Below are positions 26,729 to 33,131 of a stretch of 33,735 bases of DNA, piece by piece. Under the pieces are notes generated by a model that had not been told where the DNA came from, did not search any database, and saw nothing but the letters and a program-made list of their open reading frames with translations. The first letter of the stretch is position 1. Every line of letters begins with the position of its first letter. Position numbers and translations under genes: made by a program. This stretch comes from Candidatus Magasanikbacteria bacterium RIFOXYD12_FULL_33_17 (GTDB lineage: Bacteria > Patescibacteriota > Patescibacteriia > Magasanikbacterales > UBA922): assembly GCA_001783255.1 (NCBI GenBank), contig MFRB01000100.1:14653-48387 (forward strand). Direction: 5' to 3'.

Positions 26729-26905
26729 ACTTAAAAATTCTTTGGTAGGTAAAAAATAAATAAAATGCGATGCTAAATAAAATTTTTTAGCAGTCAGCAG
26801 ACACAGCAAATTCAGCTTATTAATTATCTCAATTTTATCTCTATTGTATTATAATCTCGTTTTCTAGATTTTTACACAAATAAACAAAAAACTTTATAAA
26901 AAATA

Positions 26906-28021
26906 TTAAAGATCACAACGATTCATCTCAGACAAAAAATCAATATAATGTTTTTCCACATAATCCTTAATTCTTTCTTTGAACTTCTTTTCATCAAAAC
27001 GAATAACTTGTTCACGAATTTTGACACTATCCCAAGTATATTTATCAAAATTAATTACAGTATCAAAAAGCGTTTCCCAATCTTGTTTATAAAAAAACAA
27101 ACCACTTATACCAGGAACAACAGTCTCTGTCACACCACCAACACCATAAGCTATAACAGGACGTCCAGAGGCCATAGACTCTATTGGTGTAATACCAAAA
27201 TCTTCTACCTGAGGATGAATAAAAGCCTTAGCTTTACTCAAAATTTCTGATTTTTCTTTATCACTGATACGACCTAAAAATTCTATATTACCCTTGGCTA
27301 CTTTTTTCAAACTTTCCAAACCAGGGCCATCACCAAAAATTTTCAATTTAAAACCAAGACGATTGAAAGCTTGCACTACAAGATCAAAACGTTTGTAATT
27401 AACAATACGTCCACCAGTCACAAAATAATTACCAACTTCTTTACTAATAAAAAACTTATCCAAATCTACAGGAGGATAAATAACATCACTTTTACAACGG
27501 TAATACTTTTTTATTCTTTTCAAAACTGTGTGAGAATTAGCTATGAAATTATCCACTCTATCTACACTATTTTTGTCCCAAATACGCAATTTGTGGATAA
27601 GCCGAGGCAAAAATAATTTAATCAAAAAATTATATTTCAAATCTTGAATATATTCGTGTGTGTCAGACCAAAGATAACGAGTTGGTGTATGACAATAAGA
27701 AATATGTAAGCCATCCTCTTTGGTCAAAATTCCTTTTGCAAAAGCACTAGTTGAAGACAATACTACATCAAATTCACTCAAATCATGTTTTTCAGTAGCA
27801 ATTGGCATAAGTGGCAAATACCACTGATATTTGTTTTTAACAAAAGGTAACTTTGATAAAAATGATTCTCTGATATCAGCATTTACAAAACTATCTATTT
27901 TTTTCTTATCATGAAACAAAACAAAAATTGGCGCTTCAGGCCATATTTCATGAAACGATTGCAAAACTCTTTCAGCTCCCCCATCTTGTGAAAGATAATC
28001 ATGTACTAGTGCTATTTTCAT
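26906..28021 (-). CDS. Glycosyltransferase, family 4
   Basis: 371 aa. Motifs are MKIALVHDYLSQDGGAERV and AFIHPQVEDFGITPIESMASGRPVIA. Confidence 0.85.
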   Translation of the reverse strand: MKIALVHDYLSQDGGAERVLQSFHEIWPEAPIFVLFHDKKKIDSFVNADIRESFLSKLPFVKNKYQWYLPLMPIATEKHDLSEFDVVLSSTSAFAKGILTKEDGLHISYCHTPTRYLWSDTHEYIQDLKYNFLIKLFLPRLIHKLRIWDKNSVDRVDNFIANSHTVLKRIKKYYRCKSDVIYPPVDLDKFFISKEVGNYFVTGGRIVNYKRFDLVVQAFNRLGFKLKIFGDGPGLESLKKVAKGNIEFLGRISDKEKSEILSKAKAFIHPQVEDFGITPIESMASGRPVIAYGVGGVTETVVPGISGLFFYKQDWETLFDTVINFDKYTWDSVKIREQVIRFDEKKFKERIKDYVEKHYIDFLSEMNRCDL

Positions 28022-28034
28022 AATTCAAATTCTT

Positions 28035-28132
28035 GAAATGCTAGAAAGGCTGAAAATGCTTAAAAGGCTTTGTCCAAATTTACTATGTAAGCATTTCCAG
28101 CCTTTCTGGCATTTTAGGCCTTTCAGGCCTTT
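28035..28132. repeat. Inverted array of nine phased 9-nt units (4 left, 5 right) forming a long imperfect hairpin between two polysaccharide genes
   Basis: The left units on the plus strand are gaaatgcta gaaaggctg aaaatgctt aaaaggctt (28035-28070). The spacer is 17 nt. The right units are taagcattt ccagccttt ctggcattt taggccttt caggccttt (28088-28132). Arms 28035-28061 and 28089-28115 pair at 26 of 27 positions, counting G-U pairs, on the plus-strand reading. The last unit touches the stop codon of the sugar transferase gene. Confidence 0.85.
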
Positions 28133-29550
28133 TAAAGTACTTTTCTCTTTCTAAAAATAATAAAAGGAGTCTTGATAAAAATAATAATGTCTAAATACAA
28201 ACTCCATTTTTCTATATAAAAAATATCCAATTTCATTTCTTCTTCAAACGACAAATCACTACGTCCAGAAATCTGTGATAATCCGGTAATACCAGGTTTC
28301 AAGACAAAGACATCAGGATATTTATCAGCATATTTCTCTACTTCTCTTGGTTGATGTGGACGTGGTCCGACAATACTCATTTCACCTTTCAAAACATTGA
28401 AAAATTGTGGCAACTCATCGATACTAACACGACGAATAAATTTACCAAAAGGTGTGACACGTGGATCATTTTCAATTTTGTAAATCGGTCCTTTTTTACT
28501 ATTATTTTTATTAATCAATTCTTTTTCTTTTTTCTCAGCCTCTTCACCAGATTTAACGAATTGACTGCCTGTACAATCTTGTTGATACATCGAACGAAAT
28601 TTCAAAGTAAAAAATTTTCTACCACGAATACCAACACGTTCATTTTTGTAAATAATCGGGCGACCAGTTTCTAGCAAAATAATCAAACTAGTCAAAAGCG
28701 TAATTGGACTAATAATAATCAAAATAATCACACTCATAATAATATCAAAAATTCTTTTGGAAATTCTACCCCAGCCATCAAGAGAGGTCTTTCTCAATTC
28801 CACAATTGGAATACCTGCAAGAGTAAAAACTGTCATATTGGTAGAATAAGTAGAAAAAACATCGGCTGAATATTTGAAAACGATATGATTTCTATCACAA
28901 AAATATTTCAATTGCAATGTTTCTTCTTCATTAGCACGAGGATTTACAAAAATAATTTCATTCAAATTTAAAGACTCTAATTCTTTACTTATTTTTTTGT
29001 CATAATTATCATAAACTTTGATAATCTTATAACCCAATCTTTTGTTATTTTGCAAAGTATCTACAATAATTTTACTAATACTTTCTGAACCAATCACTAC
29101 CACACGACGCAAACCAAAACCTAAACGATATAATATAGACTTCAAACCTCTCACCAAAAATCTACCAAAAATAACATAGACCATCGCAAAAATCCAACTA
29201 GAAACAATCAAAAATCTAGAATCAAACAAAGTACCAGAAAGAACAATATAAAGGGCCACAACAGACAGGCCAACAAAACAAGCTGAAATTACTTTGGCCA
29301 AATCCTTAGCAAAACGACGATTTGGATTGACAGAATAAAGACCAAGCAAAGCAAAAATAAAAATCCAAACAACAGCAAAAATACCAACAACATTCAAAAA
29401 ACCCCAAAGACTTATACCAAAAATAACTGGTTTCAAAGCTATAGCCCAATCACTAAAACGCAATGAATAGGCACTAAAACCAGCTAAAACAAGCATCAAA
29501 AAATCAATTGGTACTTGTAATAACATAAGTAAAATTTCCGAACGTTTCAT
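28132..29550 (-). CDS. Polyprenyl-phosphate sugar phosphotransferase (bacterial sugar transferase, WbaP/WcaJ-like initiating enzyme)
   Basis: 472 aa with four to five N-terminal TM helices. The C-terminal domain contains KRIFDIIMSVIILIIISPITLL, FTLKFRSM, DELPQFFNVLKGEMSIVGPRP and KPGITGLSQISGRSD, which are hallmark motifs of the Bac_transf family. Confidence 0.9.
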   Translation of the reverse strand: MKRSEILLMLLQVPIDFLMLVLAGFSAYSLRFSDWAIALKPVIFGISLWGFLNVVGIFAVVWIFIFALLGLYSVNPNRRFAKDLAKVISACFVGLSVVALYIVLSGTLFDSRFLIVSSWIFAMVYVIFGRFLVRGLKSILYRLGFGLRRVVVIGSESISKIIVDTLQNNKRLGYKIIKVYDNYDKKISKELESLNLNEIIFVNPRANEEETLQLKYFCDRNHIVFKYSADVFSTYSTNMTVFTLAGIPIVELRKTSLDGWGRISKRIFDIIMSVIILIIISPITLLTSLIILLETGRPIIYKNERVGIRGRKFFTLKFRSMYQQDCTGSQFVKSGEEAEKKEKELINKNNSKKGPIYKIENDPRVTPFGKFIRRVSIDELPQFFNVLKGEMSIVGPRPHQPREVEKYADKYPDVFVLKPGITGLSQISGRSDLSFEEEMKLDIFYIEKWSLYLDIIIFIKTPFIIFRKRKVL

Positions 29551-29576
29551 AGTTTATTTAGATAATAATTACTCTT

Positions 29577-29605
29577 ATGATAGCGTAAAAAAATGCTTTA
29601 GTCAA
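29577..29605 (-). promoter_or_regulatory. Candidate sigma70-type promoter of the polysaccharide operon
   Basis: The minus strand reads TTGACT-17 nt-TATCAT. The -35 is at 29600-29605 and the -10 is at 29577-29582. It lies about 27 nt upstream of the sugar transferase ATG and just downstream of the rnpB terminator. Confidence 0.5.
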
Positions 29606-29648
29606 ACAACAATAGACACTATCTTAATTTTAAATTCCTAAATTTTTA

Positions 29649-29679
29649 ACAAAAAACCACCTTGTTTATACAAGCTGGT
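29649..29679 (-). terminator. Rho-independent terminator of rnpB
   Basis: The minus-strand RNA reads ACCAGCUUG-UAUAAA-CAAGGUGGU-UUUUUGUU. The stem has 8 of 9 positions paired. It lies about 10 nt after the 3' strand of P1. Confidence 0.65.
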
Positions 29680-29687
29680 CTTAATTA

Positions 29688-30259
29688 TTCATTCTACATT
29701 TATAAGCCGAATTCTGTACACCTGCGCTAAAGCTTCGGAGTACAAGTAATCTACTAAATAACGTATGATTAACTTGTCAGCTAAAGCTTTAAGTATGCTT
29801 GACTTGTCAGCCAAAGCTTCAGCGTAGGCTGATGATCATTTATCTAGACCTATAATTGCTTATAGGCTCAAACGAGCTAACTTTTCGAAACGATAAATCG
29901 CAACGCTGCTCTTTCTTCAGATAGGGTTTACCACGGCATCTCATCACTAAGAGCCGAAGCTTGTAACCATTTGTCAATTGTGCAAATGATATCAAACTAC
30001 TTTTCACCTTTCCCTCACCCGCCGAAGCTTTAGCGAAGGCTGGGTCCGTGTTTGATACACGTATCCGCCTCCGCCAAGGCTCTGGCGGACGAAGTAGTAT
30101 TGTCTCTGTGGCACTTTCCCGCCCAATATTCTTACGAATAAAGAGGGTGGACGTTATCCACTACCTTTGTCTCCACTCTTCGAGAAGAGTGTTAGGAAGT
30201 TCGGACTTTCCTATTAGTCACAATTAAGTAACCAATCGATCACCAAATGTAAAATGAAT
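29688..30259 (-). ncRNA. rnpB: RNase P RNA (bacterial), unusually long at about 570 nt
   Basis: The minus strand contains AGGAAAGTCCGAAC (complement of 30199-30212, CR-I/P4 5' strand), GGGAAAGTGCCACAGAGAC, GCCGTGGTAAACCC, CTAGATAAATGATC and ACAGAATTCGGCTTATA (complement of 29701-29717, CR-V/P4 3' strand). These appear in the same order as in E. coli M1 RNA. P1 is CATTTTACATTT (30245-30256) paired with AAATGTAGAATG (29690-29701). P2 is GGTGATC (30238-30244) paired with GATCATC (29831-29837). A P8-like hairpin GTGGA-TAACG-TCCAC and a GNRA hairpin TATTC-GTAA-GAATA are present. The region is a GC-rich island with no ORF, and it has its own promoter and terminator. The ends are approximate. Confidence 0.85.
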
Positions 30260-30265
30260 AGGCTA

Positions 30266-30294
30266 AATATAGCAGAAAAAAGCTTTTTTGTCAA
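30266..30294 (-). promoter_or_regulatory. Promoter of rnpB
   Basis: The minus strand reads TTGACA-17 nt-TATATT. The -35 is at 30289-30294 and the -10 is at 30266-30271. This places the predicted start about 7 nt downstream, right at the beginning of the P1 stem. Confidence 0.65.
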
Positions 30295-30305
30295 TGATAA
30301 AATCT

Positions 30306-31472
30306 TTATTCAAAAGAAAAACTGCCATAATGAGAAATAATATCATCATATATTTCTTCTCTAGTTTTTTCAGGATGCCTCAAGTTTACCATATAAGCAA
30401 CATCTTCTTCAATTTCGTGATATTCAGCCTCCACATCACCATAAATGAGACCTTGTATGGAATCTAAAAGACCCAGACTACTAGCTATAATATTATTTTG
30501 ACTACCTTCATAAATATCCAAATATAAAGAATTCAAAATCCAAAAATAAGATTTTTTATCATCTTTCTCTATACCAGTTGCAAAATCATCAAAACCATAC
30601 GACTTAGCAAGACGTACCATCGCTATTTTATCACCATAATTTATAGAAGCACATTGCAAAAGGTTAAAACCATCTTTATAATTATCTTCACGTAAATATC
30701 TCACACCTAAAGCTTCCAGATATTCACCAATTTCATCATAAAATTCTGTTGATCTTATTTTTTCTTCCAAAACATCATTGGATAATTTATTTAAGTTATT
30801 CCTATAATCCAAATTTTTCTGTTTTTCAGAATCAGAGACTTCTTCAAATAGATCATAAATTAAAACTAAAGGTTCTTTTTTACAATAATCATTGTATATC
30901 TCCAAGTTTGAATTTATTTCTTTAGTATATTTATCCAAAATATCTTGTGATACATAAGTATAAATAGACAAACAATCATCAGCTTTAACATTAAAAACAA
31001 AATTTTTCCCTGTATTTTGTTCAATATAAGAATAAATCAAATCTATATTTTGATTCAAAATTTCTTTAGAAAAAGAATCATAACAAGTATCATATACTAA
31101 ATTATTAGTTATGACATCCTTGTCGTCATCATTAAAAACGCCTTCACTAATTATATAATGATATTTTATAGAATTGTCCTCTGCTGTAATGTCAATGGTA
31201 GTAGTAAATTCATCCAAACGAGCAGGTAATTCAAAATCAATTTTCAACTTATCAACTAACCCCGCAATATATTCTTTATTTTCCTTTGAAGATATATTTT
31301 GTACATTACCTTCGTCTTTAGGTTTATTAGCCAAATACCAATAAAAAAAATAAATGCCAATTATAAACAAGAATACCAAAAATATTAAGAACTTAAATTT
31401 TCTTCCCCTTTTCTTTGAAGGTGTCCCCGTTTCTAAAATTTTATCTTCTGTAAGATTATTTTGGTATTCCAT
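30306..31472 (-). CDS. Hypothetical single-pass membrane protein
   Basis: I trimmed the track ORF to the ATG at 31470-31472 (MEYQNNLTEDK...), because the upstream extension reads through the tRNA gene. The TM helix is FKFLIFLVFLFIIGIYFFYWYL. The rest is acidic and Asn/Tyr-rich. A weak Sel1/TPR-like stretch near the C-terminus (GDKIAMVRLAKSYGFDDFATGIEKDDKKSYFW) is only suggestive. Confidence 0.6.
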   Translation of the reverse strand: MEYQNNLTEDKILETGTPSKKRGRKFKFLIFLVFLFIIGIYFFYWYLANKPKDEGNVQNISSKENKEYIAGLVDKLKIDFELPARLDEFTTTIDITAEDNSIKYHYIISEGVFNDDDKDVITNNLVYDTCYDSFSKEILNQNIDLIYSYIEQNTGKNFVFNVKADDCLSIYTYVSQDILDKYTKEINSNLEIYNDYCKKEPLVLIYDLFEEVSDSEKQKNLDYRNNLNKLSNDVLEEKIRSTEFYDEIGEYLEALGVRYLREDNYKDGFNLLQCASINYGDKIAMVRLAKSYGFDDFATGIEKDDKKSYFWILNSLYLDIYEGSQNNIIASSLGLLDSIQGLIYGDVEAEYHEIEEDVAYMVNLRHPEKTREEIYDDIISHYGSFSFE

Positions 31473-31522
31473 AGAACATACTATTAATCTAAAAAGATCC
31501 CAAGCAATCCTTATTTTTATAG

Positions 31523-31604
31523 TGTCGAAGGGGGGACTCGAACCCCCACGCCCTTGCGAGCCTAACACCTCAAGCTAGTGTGTATACCATTCCACCACTC
31601 CGAC
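31523..31604 (-). tRNA. tRNA-Leu (anticodon GAG), class II with a long variable arm and no encoded CCA
   Basis: I folded it by hand. The acceptor stem is GTCGGAG/CTTCGAC with one G-U pair. The D stem is 3 bp with GG in the loop. The anticodon stem is CTAGC/GTTAG with loop TTGAGGT (anticodon GAG, G37). The variable arm is GCTC-GCAA-GGGC. The T arm is GGGGG-TTCGAGT-CCCCC. The discriminator is A. Confidence 0.9.
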
Positions 31605-31730
31605 GTTTAAAAGACACTGATTGCACTGATTTTTTTAGATTACACAGAAAATTTTATCAGTGTAATCTTTTTTAATCCGTGTAACTTGTCCGCCGTAGTT
31701 CTATGAAATAAGAACGAAGGAGGATCAGTG

Positions 31731-32492
31731 TCAAAATTTTCTATCACGACCAACAATCATTTCAATTCTACTTTTTGCAAGTTTTATTTTTACTTTTATT
31801 TCTTTAGAAATATTACCATCTGTTTCTACTACAAAAGGCTTACGACTAGAAACAATAATCTCTTCAAACGGGAAAATACTTGGTTCCTCAAATTGTTCTT
31901 TCTTGAAAACACCTTTTTTGACAATAGGTCGTAAAAAAGCTTCAAGTTTACCATCCTGAGGATGAACTACATATTTTTTTCCACCTTTTGACCAAACAAA
32001 AGGTTTCAAATTACAAACTACTAATTCCATTTTTTTGCCTCTACTAGCTACTTTGAAACTTTCATCATATTCTATCTGAATATCACTTGGTGGTATATGT
32101 AATTGTGAAATAAAATAACGGTTATTGAGCCAGCCAACATCCAAATATAATTTTCTTCTTTTGGCTAAAACATCACAGGCATCTATACCAACAGGTAAAC
32201 CTAAAACTTCCGCAATACTATTTTCTGAACCAACAGGTAAAAAACCATAAATAACCCGACAAGAAGCCGCGCGCGAAAGGACATGACCAAAAGTTACATC
32301 GTTTCCAACTACTACGATTGTCTTAGCACCTTTTCTTATTTCATCTTCAATCAACATTTCACAATTGGTATAACGCTGTAGCCGAATGATTTTGCCAGCG
32401 ATACCATAATCTGTCAATCTGGTTTCCATGGCTTTGATAAGAGAATCGTATCTTTTGTTCTTTAAAAAATTGTCATAGAGATAGACATACAT
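31731..32492 (-). CDS. Diacylglycerol kinase catalytic-domain family protein (YegS/BmrU-like lipid kinase), short form with a degenerate nucleotide motif
   Basis: 253 aa. The layout is typical of DAGK_cat: MYVYLYDNFLKNKRY..., KTIVVVGNDVTFGHVL (in the place of GGDGT), and FLPVGSENSIAEVLGLP (in the place of PxGTGNDfAr). Confidence 0.65.
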   Translation of the reverse strand: MYVYLYDNFLKNKRYDSLIKAMETRLTDYGIAGKIIRLQRYTNCEMLIEDEIRKGAKTIVVVGNDVTFGHVLSRAASCRVIYGFLPVGSENSIAEVLGLPVGIDACDVLAKRRKLYLDVGWLNNRYFISQLHIPPSDIQIEYDESFKVASRGKKMELVVCNLKPFVWSKGGKKYVVHPQDGKLEAFLRPIVKKGVFKKEQFEEPSIFPFEEIIVSSRKPFVVETDGNISKEIKVKIKLAKSRIEMIVGRDRKF

Positions 32493-32567
32493 AAAGAAGA
32501 TCTTCCATTAGTCCGTCCTATATATGACATTAGGTAAGGACGGATTTAAACAAAAAACTAACAACAA

Positions 32568-33053
32568 TTATGCCTCCATCTGAGAATCAATATCTTCTTC
32601 TATAGTCTTTTTAGTACGTTTAACTATTTTTTTTTCATTTTTTGACATATCTTCCAAGCCATCCATACTAACCTTACCTTGTAATAAAGCACCAGCTTCA
32701 ATCACCAAAGTCTCACAACTAATATCACCCAAAAGACGTGCTGAAGCTGTTAGTTCTAATTTTCCATCAACTTTCACATTACCTTGTACTTCTCCAGAAA
32801 TAATAGCATCACCAGCTTTTACATTAGCCAAAATCTTAGCACCTTCTTCTACAGTCAAAAGACGTCCTGTTTTGACATTACCAGATACAGTACCTTTTAC
32901 CAAGATATTACCTTCTGAAACAAAATCACCTTCAACAACAACAGAAGGACCAACAACAGTTTCTACTTGATCTTCTTCATGATGCTGAGCATGATTATTA
33001 TGTGTAGTTGTAGTATTCATATTTTCTGAATTATTTGAAGTTTGTTTAAACAT
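32568..33053 (-). CDS. Bactofilin (polymer-forming cytoskeletal protein, DUF583)
   Basis: 161 aa. The core has the bactofilin beta-helix repeat pattern: VVVEGDFVSEGNILVKGTVSGNVKTGRLLTVEEGAKILANVKAGDAIISGEVQGNVKVDGKLELTASARLLGDISCETLVIEAGALLQGKVSM. The N-tail is His-rich and the C-tail is charged. Confidence 0.85.
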   Translation of the reverse strand: MFKQTSNNSENMNTTTTHNNHAQHHEEDQVETVVGPSVVVEGDFVSEGNILVKGTVSGNVKTGRLLTVEEGAKILANVKAGDAIISGEVQGNVKVDGKLELTASARLLGDISCETLVIEAGALLQGKVSMDGLEDMSKNEKKIVKRTKKTIEEDIDSQMEA

Positions 33054-33087
33054 AAGTATTTAAGATTAATATTTTAAAATATAGGCT

Positions 33088-33117
33088 ATTATAGCACAAA
33101 AACGGTCAGAAAGTCAA
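33088..33117 (-). promoter_or_regulatory. Candidate sigma70-type promoter upstream of the bactofilin gene
   Basis: The minus strand reads TTGACT-18 nt-TATAAT. The -35 is at 33112-33117 and the -10 is at 33088-33093. It lies about 35 nt upstream of the ATG at 33053. Confidence 0.5.
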
Positions 33118-33131
33118 AAGCCCCCTATTCC

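Noticed and set aside
26729-26809. Alternative-start extensions of three ORFs (26729-26809 TTG; 25527-25586; 9091-9126 TTG)
   Set aside because: The extensions add non-conserved hydrophobic or basic residues ahead of N-termini that align with paralogs (MNIAIDIRSL versus MKIGIDARML). In the RAYT case the extension comes ahead of an ATG with a GGGGG ribosome-binding-like run. In the third case the start would lie inside a terminator hairpin.
28035-28132. CRISPR array interpretation of the phased repeats
   Set aside because: The units are only 9 nt, they are contiguous without spacers, they occur in two opposed blocks, and no cas genes are present.
31473-31568. N-terminal extension of ORF 30306-31568 (MLGSQGRGGSSPPFDTIKIR...)
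   Set aside because: The extension is a translation of the tRNA-Leu gene (31523-31604), and the track's first codon is not a convincing start. The CDS was trimmed to the ATG at 31472.
31638-31667. The 8-bp hairpin gattacac/gtgtaatc as the terminator of the lipid-kinase-like gene
   Set aside because: On the minus-strand transcript the hairpin is flanked by A-runs, not followed by U. The T-run is only correct for a plus-strand transcript, for which no gene is evident.
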